This document shows, piece by piece, positions 1 to 6,753 of a stretch of 12,639 nucleotides of DNA (position 1 is its first letter; the number at the start of each line of letters is the position of its first letter). A program made the position numbers and the translations under genes. The stretch covers positions 1 through 12,639 of the IMG/VR virus record IMGVR_UViG_2740892258_000015, one strand, 5' to 3'. The notes beneath the pieces are model-generated. The model was not told the DNA's origin and ran no database searches. It saw nothing but the letters and a program-made list of their open reading frames with translations. The DNA comes from a virus. Taxonomy: Duplodnaviria; Heunggongvirae; Uroviricota; Caudoviricetes.

Positions 1-516
1 ATGAAATTTAAAAAATGTCTTCTGCCTGTGGCAATGTTAGCGTCATTCACTCTGGCAGGATGCCAGTCAAATGCTGATGATCATGCCGCCGATGTTTATC
101 AAACCGATCAACTGAATACCAAACAAGAAACTAAAACCGTTAATATTATTTCCATTCTTCCCGCAAAAGTTGCCGTAGACAACGCCCAAAATAAACGGAA
201 CGCACAAGCCTTCGGCGCGCTTATTGGCGCTGTCGCTGGCGGTGTTATCGGCCACAACGTCGGGTCTGGCAGCAATTCCGGAACGACGGCAGGTGCAGTT
301 GGCGGCGGAGCTGTAGGCGCGGCAGCGGGTTCTATGGTGAATGATAAAACCTTAGTGGAAGGTGTTTCTTTAACATATAAGGAAGGCACCAAAGTGTATA
401 CCTCCACCCAGGTGGGTAAAGAGTGCCAGTTTACGACAGGTTTAGCCGTTGTTATTACCACGACGTATAACGAAACGCGTATTCAGCCAAATACCAAATG
501 TCCTGAAAAGAGCTAA
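1..516 (+). CDS. Lipoprotein with glycine-zipper motif (SlyB/YcfJ-like envelope protein)
   Basis: ATG at window position 1. Signal peptide with lipobox LAGC (MKFKKCLLPVAMLASFTLAGC). Gly/Ala-rich stretch GALIGAVAGGVIGHNVGSG..GAVGGGAVGAAAG typical of glycine-zipper outer-membrane lipoproteins. Family call from memory of YcfJ/SlyB-type sequences. Confidence 0.7.
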   Translation: MKFKKCLLPVAMLASFTLAGCQSNADDHAADVYQTDQLNTKQETKTVNIISILPAKVAVDNAQNKRNAQAFGALIGAVAGGVIGHNVGSGSNSGTTAGAVGGGAVGAAAGSMVNDKTLVEGVSLTYKEGTKVYTSTQVGKECQFTTGLAVVITTTYNETRIQPNTKCPEKS

Positions 517-531
517 TAATCAGGAGGAGTC

Positions 532-1071
532 ATGAAGAAAGTTTTTCTTTGCGCCATCTTAGCCTCCTTAAGCTATCCGGCTATCGCCTCATCATTGCAG
601 GATCAACTCTCGGCTGTCGCAGAAGCGGAACAGCAAGGTAAAAATGAAGAGCAAAGGCAGCATGACGAATGGGTCGCGGAGCGCAACAGGGAAATCCAGC
701 AAGAGAAGCAACGTCGCGCAAACGCCCAGGCCGCGGCTAATAAAAGAGCGGCAACGGCAGCAGCGAATAAGAAAGCTCGTCAGGATAAACTGGACGCCGA
801 AGCCACTGCGGACAAAAAACGCGATCAAAGTTATGAAGATGAGCTACGTAGCTTAGAGATTCAGAAACAAAAACTGGCGCTGGCGAAAGAAGAAGCCCGC
901 GTCAAGCGCGAAAACGAATTTATCGATCAGGAACTGAAGCACAAAGCTGCGCAAACCGATGTGGTGCAATCTGAAGCTGACGCAAACAGAAATATGACTG
1001 AAGGCGGTCGCGATCTGATGAAAAGCGTGGGTAAAGCAGAAGAGAATAAATCAGATAGCTGGTTTAACTAA
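532..1071 (+). CDS. Secreted lysine/glutamate-rich coiled-coil protein, function unknown
   Basis: Strong RBS AGGAGG 6 nt upstream of the ATG. N-terminal signal peptide (MKKVFLCAILASLSYPAIASS). Highly charged low-complexity body. Followed by a hairpin terminator. Confidence 0.6.
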   Translation: MKKVFLCAILASLSYPAIASSLQDQLSAVAEAEQQGKNEEQRQHDEWVAERNREIQQEKQRRANAQAAANKRAATAAANKKARQDKLDAEATADKKRDQSYEDELRSLEIQKQKLALAKEEARVKRENEFIDQELKHKAAQTDVVQSEADANRNMTEGGRDLMKSVGKAEENKSDSWFN

Positions 1072-1109
1072 ACGATGTTAGTAACTTCAAACCTATAATT
1101 CTTTAGGAT

Positions 1110-1140
1110 AAAAAAACCCTCTGTAGTAACAGAGGGTTTT
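1110..1140. terminator. Bidirectional intrinsic terminator between the convergent envelope genes and the lysis cassette
   Basis: A7 run (1110-1116), stem ccctctg (1117-1123), loop tagtaa, stem cagaggg (1130-1136), then tttt (1137-1140). Gives a U7 tract on the minus strand and U4 on the plus strand. Confidence 0.6.
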
Positions 1141-1289
1141 GTTCATTCATAGTGCAGGGTCAAATCATTCCCACTCAATTATTTACGACAACCATAACCA
1201 ATTGAGTGATAACATTTTTCCAAATCTCAATTTTTCCCGTACCGTTTTATATACCGTCACCGGAAATCAGTACCATGAAAAATGCCATG

Positions 1290-1772
1290 CTATCTGGTCA
1301 AAGTGTCGTACTGTTTTTCGCAGACTCTTCCGGCTTCGGCTGCCCGGTCAGCATACTCTGCCAGTTGTCTGTTTCTCTCGAGAGATTTGCTGAGCACGTC
1401 GGCAAGCAAAACTCCGGTGTCTGCGGCTGACGACCCAGCGCCGACAATGGCGTTATACTGCCTGAGCTGCTCACGGATGGCAAAGAGTTGTTGCTGCAAC
1501 CGGCCAGCGCTAGCGGCAGCATCAAGAGCATCATTGCGCGCCTGGTCGATCCTCTGCTGAGCTTCACGTTCATTGGTCACTTTCTCCTGTTCGTAGTACT
1601 GACGAACTTTGTCTTCTTCGGCTTTGCTGTCTTCTTCCGCCTGAGCATACCCGGCATCGTACTGGCGACTGCCGTGTATATTCCAGGCAACCACTCCTGA
1701 TATGACCAGAACAGCAAGCACTGCCACGATAAGAAACTGTTTCCAGTATGCTTTTACGAATGCCCAGATCAT
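1290..1772 (-). CDS. Rz-like inner-membrane spanin (i-spanin)
   Basis: N-terminal TM segment ([18 protein letters not shown]) followed by a long charged coiled-coil region with a C-terminal Cys. Its ATG (1772-1770) overlaps the endolysin stop as ATGA. It is the last gene of the lysis cassette. Confidence 0.7.
   Translation of the reverse strand: MIWAFVKAYWKQFLIVAVLAVLVISGVVAWNIHGSRQYDAGYAQAEEDSKAEEDKVRQYYEQEKVTNEREAQQRIDQARNDALDAAASAGRLQQQLFAIREQLRQYNAIVGAGSSAADTGVLLADVLSKSLERNRQLAEYADRAAEAGRVCEKQYDTLTR
1298..1573 (-). CDS. Rz1-like outer-membrane lipoprotein spanin (o-spanin), embedded in the Rz gene in a different frame
   Basis: Lies wholly inside the Rz ORF in a shifted frame. RBS AGGAGA 9 nt upstream of the ATG at 1573. 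Lipoprotein signal with charged n-region and lipobox LAGC ([26 protein letters not shown]). Predicted mature part is proline-containing. Confidence 0.6.
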   Translation of the reverse strand: MNVKLSRGSTRRAMMLLMLPLALAGCSNNSLPSVSSSGSITPLSALGRQPQTPEFCLPTCSANLSRETDNWQSMLTGQPKPEESAKNSTTL

Positions 1773-2398
1773 ACCGCCAGCACCTTACTGGCAGTGATGT
1801 ACCGCGCTCGCCGGTCGTCGATGCCGTTCCGGCCACCATTGATAATCAGAGTTACACGTGCAATATCGCCGGTATACTTCATGCATCCTTTGCTGGCGAA
1901 GAACCACGCCGCGCTACGAGCCGCATATTCGTCCTGCGCCAGCAGTTCAGGGCTCTCCAGCAGGTCAACCTTCAGACCGTTTCCGCAATCACGATAGTTA
2001 TTCAAACCGGTAATCTGGATAAGTCCGCGCCCTCGGTAATTCCAGCCATCACCAGGGGCATTGTTCCCCATGCGTTTGCTGTATACCAGATTTGCGATCG
2101 CGCGCTGGCGCTCAAGTGGCAATGGTGGTTCACCAGCACGGCGCCCCAGTGCATTAGCCTGCCCCTGAGTGAGACGCCCAGCCCGAACGAAGTTAGCCAG
2201 TCCGCTGACACTGTAGTTGAAATTCTCCTGCAACCTGGTGAAGCCCCCAGACTCATGCCCGACTTGAGCAATAAACATTGCCTGATCTTCTGCTTTGCTG
2301 ATACCAAACTCTTTCATCGCAGAAGTTATATGCGAGAACCAGCGTGCGGCCAGTGCCTCGCTGATACCAGCAGCTCGCTGGAATTGTTTAATCTCCAT
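1769..2398 (-). CDS. Endolysin, glycoside hydrolase family 19 (chitinase-like lysozyme)
   Basis: Internal ATG at 2398 with RBS GAGGT 6 nt upstream; the longer track ORF to 2563 has no RBS. Motifs QVGHESGGF and [11 protein letters not shown] are characteristic of GH19 phage endolysins (from memory). Flanked by holin and spanin genes. Confidence 0.8.
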   Translation of the reverse strand: MEIKQFQRAAGISEALAARWFSHITSAMKEFGISKAEDQAMFIAQVGHESGGFTRLQENFNYSVSGLANFVRAGRLTQGQANALGRRAGEPPLPLERQRAIANLVYSKRMGNNAPGDGWNYRGRGLIQITGLNNYRDCGNGLKVDLLESPELLAQDEYAARSAAWFFASKGCMKYTGDIARVTLIINGGRNGIDDRRARYITASKVLAV

Positions 2399-2696
2399 GT
2401 TTAGACCTCGATACTTTAAAAATTTGAACGACGTTACCGCGCGTTTTAATAACCGCAGCCAGCATGACAGCGTTGATAATGACCTCAGATAAATCCACAG
2501 CCATTGGCGTACGTAACCAGATTGCATAGGCGACTCGAACAGGAATACTGGCCGCAGCAACAATCAGGAAATAAGCAAGCCATCCTCCCCACCTTCGATG
2601 TTGAGAGCCGTTACGCCGGAATGTGACAACGCGAATTGCTATGCCAGTGCAAATAACTGCATTAGTGATAAGCAAAAAAAACTCATGCGTTACCAT
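2388..2696 (-). CDS. Small membrane protein in the lysis cassette (possible second holin or antiholin)
   Basis: Three hydrophobic segments and a basic C-terminus. ATG at 2696 with a GGAG-containing upstream sequence. Overlaps the holin stop by 14 bp and the endolysin start by 11 bp. No family recognised. Confidence 0.4.
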   Translation of the reverse strand: MVTHEFFLLITNAVICTGIAIRVVTFRRNGSQHRRWGGWLAYFLIVAAASIPVRVAYAIWLRTPMAVDLSEVIINAVMLAAVIKTRGNVVQIFKVSRSKHGD

Positions 2697-3087
2697 CGTC
2701 TTTTCTCCCCGGAATTAACTCGCGTGGATTATCGGAACGGTGATAGAGCCATATACCAATACGCACAGCGACAATTGCTGACACGAATGCGCCTGCAGAG
2801 AAAACAATCCCTTTTTCAAAAGAGTCCTGCGTGATGGTAGGGATCAGGCTGGCTATGCCGATAAGAATTGATGCTGCTGGTTTGTAAAAGAGAAGGCCGC
2901 AAAGAAAGCTGAGCATCGACAGGAGCACCCGGCGACGGATGGGGTACTCTACTGCAGAGGTAACAAAAATTACCGCCCCAGCCAAAGCCCCTAAAGCAAC
3001 CTCCGGAGGGACACCTGCAATAACTGCAGCAAGAGAACCAAAACTAAGCAACTGATTTAATTGCTCACTTGTTACTTGAGCAGACAT
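2683..3087 (-). CDS. Putative holin (multi-TM membrane protein with charged C-terminus)
   Basis: ATG at 3087 with RBS AGGAGA. Four to five hydrophobic helices and a charged tail ([19 protein letters not shown]). First gene of the lysis cassette, directly upstream of the endolysin. Confidence 0.55.
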   Translation of the reverse strand: MSAQVTSEQLNQLLSFGSLAAVIAGVPPEVALGALAGAVIFVTSAVEYPIRRRVLLSMLSFLCGLLFYKPAASILIGIASLIPTITQDSFEKGIVFSAGAFVSAIVAVRIGIWLYHRSDNPRELIPGRKDDGNA

Positions 3088-3368
3088 ACTTTCTCCTGTT
3101 TACTATCTATAAGCCAGTCAATTATTGATGACTAAACCCGCATAGTAAACCATATATGAATCATTATTGTTCCATATCATATATCTCAATAAAAGTACTA
3201 ATGATTTTACAGAACGAGCCAGCAGAGTGGGGGCAGTTGTACAGGAACCATAGACTTAATTTTGTATTTAATAATGCTATGGTGTAATAAACCTGAACAT
3301 GTATTTAAAATACGTACTGATTCATGATAGAATTCAAAGATAACTTTTCACCAACTCCGTTTTTGATA

Positions 3369-3395
3369 CCCGCAATATTTTGCGGGCTTTTTTTT
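3369..3395 (+). terminator. Intrinsic terminator oriented for the plus strand, inside the regulatory region upstream of the lysis genes
   Basis: Stem cccgcaa (3369-3375), loop tatt, stem ttgcggg (3380-3386), then a T8 run (3388-3395). On the minus strand the hairpin is followed by UAUCAAAAA, so it is weak in that direction. Confidence 0.5.
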
Positions 3396-3425
3396 AACGT
3401 TCTTCCAGAGACTGAACCCGCTCTT

Positions 3426-3878
3426 TTATCTTATCCATTTCTCTGCGCTGCCATGCTGCCTCGATATAGAATAAGAGATCAGGTCTGACCCCTCTTGGGC
3501 CACCAGATTTTTTGCAGCTTCTATAGCAGCATCCACCCCCTGCGCCCGTACTTCAGCCAAGAAAGCGTCGGTGGCTGTGGTTTCGATATCGTTAATTTCA
3601 GGAAGAATCTCTTCCCATGTAGCGATATCGCCATTCAAATGCCATCCGGCAATTCCACTGGAGTTATCCGCAACACTGCGAACGGCTTCAATAGTTTCAT
3701 GCATTGCCTCATTCTCCGCTGCCAGCGCATTAGCACGCACCAGTTGCACTTCCAGTTGCGTTGCCAAATCGCTGATCAGCTTTGCCACACTGCGCATATC
3801 AACGGCACCACATTCTGCTTTCAGTTCCGAAGCCATCTCATGCCCGGCGGCAACTAACCCTTTGATATTACTTTCCAT
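3426..3878 (-). CDS. Hypothetical strongly acidic protein (150 aa) in the position normally held by antiterminator Q
   Basis: RBS GAGGG 5 nt upstream of the ATG at 3878. By my count about 25 Asp+Glu against 11 Lys+Arg. Only one Cys, so no zinc finger. No family recognised. Confidence 0.5.
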   Translation of the reverse strand: MESNIKGLVAAGHEMASELKAECGAVDMRSVAKLISDLATQLEVQLVRANALAAENEAMHETIEAVRSVADNSSGIAGWHLNGDIATWEEILPEINDIETTATDAFLAEVRAQGVDAAIEAAKNLVAQEGSDLISYSISRQHGSAEKWIR

Positions 3879-3939
3879 CTTTACCCTCGCTTATCCACAT
3901 AACTTATTGATTACATTGATAACTAAAAAGATCGTCGAT

Positions 3940-4287
3940 TCAGAACTCTTCGATGTTCCAGCCACCACCTGCTTTCTTTGGCTTAACCGTTACCCCGATG
4001 ATTCGGAACGGATACTGATCTGCGGCGACTTTGGTTTTCACTCTGGCGTCATCGGTCCAGAATCCCCCTTTCACTTCGTGCAGTTCCATCTCGCCGGTGG
4101 CGAGCATCACAGCAAAATCTGGCGTATAGAACGTGTTGTCAGCTAACCGCAGCTTGATACCCTCAAATCGATACCAGACGATTTCTCCTGCACGTTTACG
4201 CAGCTCAAGGTGCTGGCAATACGCAGATTCTGTTTTGTTCATCTGGCCTGTTTTGAGTCGACCAAGAGCCTGCATCTGTTTTCTCAT
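3940..4287 (-). CDS. PD-(D/E)xK-type nuclease, DUF1064-like (nin-region resolvase-like protein)
   Basis: RBS AAGGGG upstream of the ATG at 4287. Motif YTPDF...ELHEVKG fits a PD...(D/E)xK catalytic core. Size and position (between P and the late region) match nin-region nucleases of lambdoid phages. Family name is from memory. Confidence 0.55.
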   Translation of the reverse strand: MRKQMQALGRLKTGQMNKTESAYCQHLELRKRAGEIVWYRFEGIKLRLADNTFYTPDFAVMLATGEMELHEVKGGFWTDDARVKTKVAADQYPFRIIGVTVKPKKAGGGWNIEEF

Positions 4288-4290
4288 GAT

Positions 4291-4368
4291 TTACCCCTTA
4301 GGTAATTAAAAACCACATAAGACACGAAATCAATAGATTTTAGAATATTTTATTACCTCTAAGGTAAT
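4291..4368 (-). promoter_or_regulatory. Operator-flanked promoter for the nuclease/acidic-protein operon
   Basis: Two TTACC-N5-GGTAA palindromes at 4291-4305 and 4354-4368. On the minus strand: -35 TTGATT (4328-4333), 17-bp spacer, -10 TTTAAT (4305-4310) overlapping the proximal operator. Same layout as the promoter at 7396-7472. Confidence 0.45.
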
Positions 4369-4369
4369 T

Positions 4370-4389
4370 ATCGAGACGTAAAAAAATGC
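4370..4389 (-). terminator. Weak candidate terminator after the P-like gene
   Basis: Short GC stem gcgc/gcgc (4378-4389) followed on the minus strand by a U7 tract (plus-strand A run 4370-4376). The stem is only 4 bp. Confidence 0.25.
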
Positions 4390-4404
4390 GCTATCGCGCT
4401 GGTA

Positions 4405-5205
4405 TTACTTGATAAATCCTGACGCCTTTCCCCGCCTGTATTCCTCCATCAGCCACTGCGCCGGTGTTATTCCCCCAAGGGTGGCGGCGTTAGGCATGCA
4501 CCCGAAACTTCGCCCTGGTGGATGGTAAACGTCTCTCCCTGTGTCCGGAGGCGTACTCATGGGTTCTGGCTTTGCCTGTATGCTGATCACCGGATCGGGT
4601 ATCTGCTGTCCGGAAGCCACCTTTTTCGCCCAATCATCGAGCAGCCTGCGCGCGTGTTTCTCAACCTCAATCTCGCTAAGCTGGCGCTGATACATTGCAC
4701 GGCGGGTATCACATACGACCCAGTACATAACCGGATGTCGCCACGGGAATCTTTCGGGACCACCAGGATATAAACTTTTTTCCTTGCTGTACCGGTGAAA
4801 CTCCGCCATCACATCGTCAATGGTGACGCCAAGAACCATCTTGCTGTCTTTACACCACTTGATGAATTGCCCTGGCGACGGCCAGAACGGAGACTCACTG
4901 GCGCGGGCGTGGCGCATACCAGCAGAAACCTGTTCACGGGTTCGGATCCCCCCTTCGGCAAACGCAGCAATCCACTGCTGTTTTGCAGCAACTTCCTGCT
5001 CTGGCGTCTTCAGGTTGGTTACCACTGCCGCCGGAAACAGTTGTTTCAGCTGTTTGAAAAGGGCATCAACAAGCCTCTCTGCTGACATGTTCACCACGTT
5101 GTCATTGTTGGTGTACTGATGCTCATAACCTGACATGCGAGAAAGGGCTTCTCCGTCACGGTTTTGTATCGCGGTAAAAACGTTGTTCACAAGAAATCCT
5201 CCCAT
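4405..5205 (-). CDS. Replication protein P-like (DnaB helicase loader)
   Basis: Segment LFKQLKQLFPAA..QQWIAAFAEGGIRTREQVSAGMRHAR..PFWPSPGQFIKWCKD parallels lambda P (..TFPAS..RRQWVLAFRENGITTMEQVNAGMRVARRQNRPFLPSPGQFVAWCRE, recalled from memory). Start overlaps the O-like gene by 19 bp. Confidence 0.8.
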   Translation of the reverse strand: MGGFLVNNVFTAIQNRDGEALSRMSGYEHQYTNNDNVVNMSAERLVDALFKQLKQLFPAAVVTNLKTPEQEVAAKQQWIAAFAEGGIRTREQVSAGMRHARASESPFWPSPGQFIKWCKDSKMVLGVTIDDVMAEFHRYSKEKSLYPGGPERFPWRHPVMYWVVCDTRRAMYQRQLSEIEVEKHARRLLDDWAKKVASGQQIPDPVISIQAKPEPMSTPPDTGRDVYHPPGRSFGCMPNAATLGGITPAQWLMEEYRRGKASGFIK

Positions 5206-6002
5206 GCTTCAGGGCTGTTCCAGTGCGGAACGTTGTTATCAGGTAATGTTGATTGCTTCTGTCTGCTAATCTGCAGCCGCCTTGCCAGCTTCTGCTCCCA
5301 CTGTGCCTGATGGTATGCCTTACCCTCAGCCATCCAGTAAATTCTGAACTCTGCAAGTTCCTGTGCCGTTGGCAGACTGTCCAGGCAGATCCCCTGCAAT
5401 GAGCTTTTCCGAAGAAAGTCATCTGATGGCTGCCATTGTTCATGCATGACAAATTTGCCTAATTGCCCTGGCCCACCAGGAGGAACAAAGTTATTCATCA
5501 CGGCGTTGTTTGCGCCGGGGTCATGATGCACAGAATCCCCGTTTTTTGTCCTGCTCTCCCTCTCTTGGTTAAATGACTGGTTATATGACTGGTTCTGGAT
5601 CCCGTTTTTGGGATCATTCAACATCCCGTTTTTGGGATCATTCAACATCCCGTTTTTGGGTATATTCCCGTTTTCGGTAACATTACCGTTTTCGGGTTCA
5701 TTGCCCCCCTCTCGGTTGCCTTTAATGTTCCCGTTTTTGGTTATATTAAGAGAGAAAACCCGCACTCTTTTTGTCGCTCCCTTTCTCTCCCCGGTATCTG
5801 AAATAAGCCCCATTTTCATGAGCGATATAAGTCCGGCCTGCACGGTTTTTTTATTCAGGCAAGTGTCTTTAACGAGGCGTTCTATGCTGGGGTAGCAGAG
5901 GTTATATTCATCGGCTCTGTCAGCCATCGAGAGCAGTATGAGCTTTAATGACGAGCTACCTGGATCTGTCTCCCAGGCCCAATCTGTTGCATGTCTGCTC
6001 AT
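5187..6002 (-). CDS. Replication initiator protein O-like (origin-binding)
   Basis: RBS GGAG 7 nt upstream of the ATG at 6002. N-terminal HTH-type replication-initiator domain. A central Asn/Gly-rich repeat is encoded by the iterons. C-terminal FVMHEQWQPSDDF..YWMAEGKAYHQAQWEQKLARRLQISR resembles the lambda O C-terminal P-interaction domain. Confidence 0.8.
   Translation of the reverse strand: MSRHATDWAWETDPGSSSLKLILLSMADRADEYNLCYPSIERLVKDTCLNKKTVQAGLISLMKMGLISDTGERKGATKRVRVFSLNITKNGNIKGNREGGNEPENGNVTENGNIPKNGMLNDPKNGMLNDPKNGIQNQSYNQSFNQERESRTKNGDSVHHDPGANNAVMNNFVPPGGPGQLGKFVMHEQWQPSDDFLRKSSLQGICLDSLPTAQELAEFRIYWMAEGKAYHQAQWEQKLARRLQISRQKQSTLPDNNVPHWNSPEAWEDFL
5598..5745. repeat. Iteron array (putative phage origin of replication) inside the O-like gene
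   Basis: Six copies of core YCCGTTTTYGG starting at 5600, 5624, 5648, 5666, 5684 and 5729. The first two are perfect 18-bp palindromes (gatcccgtttttgggatc) containing GATC sites. An adjacent direct repeat atgactggtt occurs twice (5573-5582, 5585-5594). Confidence 0.7.
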
Positions 6003-6017
6003 GATTAATCTCCGCTA

Positions 6018-6218
6018 TCAGCTTGAATGTTGTGGGGAGGAATTAATCATGATCTGCTTAATCTCTGCCCTGATACGACGGTTTGATTCCATGGTGCACT
6101 CAACACAGTGTCCGTTGTAAACCCAGCGTTCACTGTCATGTCCGTGCTTACATGTTTTTCCGGTGTAGTAGCGTTTAAGTCCGCGCTTTGCGGCATCAAT
6201 ACGTGTAATGATTTCCAT
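6018..6218 (-). CDS. Small Cys/His-containing protein (possible zinc ribbon) in the cII position
   Basis: Internal ATG at 6218 chosen over the longer track ORF. Motif CKHGH...HCVEC. Lies between the Cro-like gene and O. Possible promoter and a TTACC-N5-GGTAC operator lie upstream (6253-6313). Confidence 0.4.
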   Translation of the reverse strand: MEIITRIDAAKRGLKRYYTGKTCKHGHDSERWVYNGHCVECTMESNRRIRAEIKQIMINSSPQHSS

Positions 6219-6320
6219 GGTAAGCCCTGTTATTAGTATTGGGATTACGGTCATTTTGTGCTGACACAAAAAAAAGATCAACCAGATTTGGTTTTTTATT
6301 ACCTTTGAGGTACGAATAGA

Positions 6321-6346
6321 TATGAAAAGACCGCCGGATGGCGGTC
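6321..6346 (-). terminator. Candidate terminator after the Cro-like gene (tR1-like)
   Basis: Stem gaccgcc (6329-6335), loop ggat, stem ggcggtc (6340-6346); followed on the minus strand by UUUUC. Confidence 0.4.
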
Positions 6347-6368
6347 TACAGAGGGTTGTGGCTGGATA

Positions 6369-6599
6369 TCATGAGTAGAAGAAGTATGCCAATTCTGCTT
6401 TTGAGCGCAGCCATTGTCTTGTTTTACAGGCTTTAAAAAGCCCATTCATCAATACCTTACCTGGCATTTTGCGCTTACCTGTTAAGTGAGTCTGGATATA
6501 GTGACTCGTCGTTCCGGCTTCCTGTGCGAAGGCTTCACGCTCATCCGGAGTAAGTGCAAGCCAGTGCTTTTTGAAATCGAAATGTCCGTTATCGCTCAT
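6369..6599 (-). CDS. Cro-like HTH regulator (YdaS/Cro-type)
   Basis: 76 aa with HTH-like segment EAFAQEAGTTSHYIQTHLTGKRKMP. Transcribed divergently from the repressor across an operator-rich intergenic region. Heads the leftward cluster (small Cys/His protein, O, P); a terminator and a second promoter lie between it and those genes. Confidence 0.55.
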   Translation of the reverse strand: MSDNGHFDFKKHWLALTPDEREAFAQEAGTTSHYIQTHLTGKRKMPGKVLMNGLFKACKTRQWLRSKAELAYFFYS

Positions 6600-6630
6600 A
6601 GCTATTGCCTGATATTTATTTCAGATAATA

Positions 6631-6701
6631 AATATTCACCCATAAGGTAACAAAAATCAAGGATAGTTACCTGTGGGGTGCATTTACCTGTTGGGTAATA
6701 T
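6631..6701. promoter_or_regulatory. Divergent immunity-region operator/promoter (OR-like)
   Basis: Operators TCACC-N5-GGTAA (6636-6650) and TTACC-N5-GGTAA (6684-6698), plus a wider GGTAAC-N14-GTTACC dyad (6646-6671). Minus-strand promoter for the Cro-like gene: -35 TTGATT (6655-6660), 18-bp spacer, -10 AATATT (6631-6636). Possible -10 TAATAT (6696-6701) toward the repressor. Confidence 0.5.
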
Positions 6702-6753
6702 TGCTTTAAATTGAATCATCTACTGATTCATATACGAGGCGATTTTCCAGAAA

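Noticed and set aside
1142-1289. Treating the end of the lysis cassette as the prophage end (attL) and the element as a satellite or deletion remnant
   Set aside because: The integrase-side attachment site lies outside the window, so no direct repeat can be matched. The convergent envelope genes occupy a position where lambdoid phages carry morons, so the prophage may continue past the left edge.
1748-2404. Plus-strand ORFs of 218 and 67 aa opposite the endolysin and Rz genes
   Set aside because: They are antisense to genes with clear RBSs and family motifs, have no RBS of their own, and give low-complexity Arg/Ser/Pro-rich translations typical of the reverse frame of real coding sequence.
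2399-2563. The longer 264-aa endolysin ORF starting at 2563
   Set aside because: The 55-residue extension has no RBS and would overlap the upstream membrane-protein gene; the ATG at 2398 has a well-spaced GAGGT and begins the conserved domain.
3426-3878. Calling the 150-aa protein the Q antiterminator because of its position
   Set aside because: It has one cysteine, no zinc-finger-like motif, and is strongly acidic; nothing in the sequence supports a Q-family assignment. It is reported as a hypothetical protein.
3495-4146. Plus-strand ORFs of 120 and 191 aa overlapping the acidic-protein and nuclease genes
   Set aside because: Antisense to two minus-strand genes that each have a strong RBS; no start context; Ser/Cys-rich translations. 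Treated as shadow ORFs.
5608-5895. Plus-strand 95-aa ORF with repeated peptide (FNIPFLGSFNIPFLG) that might suggest a repeat protein or a spacer array
   Set aside because: The repeats are the iterons read on the wrong strand. Copies are near-identical with no unique spacers, which excludes CRISPR, and the region lies in frame within the O-like gene on the minus strand.
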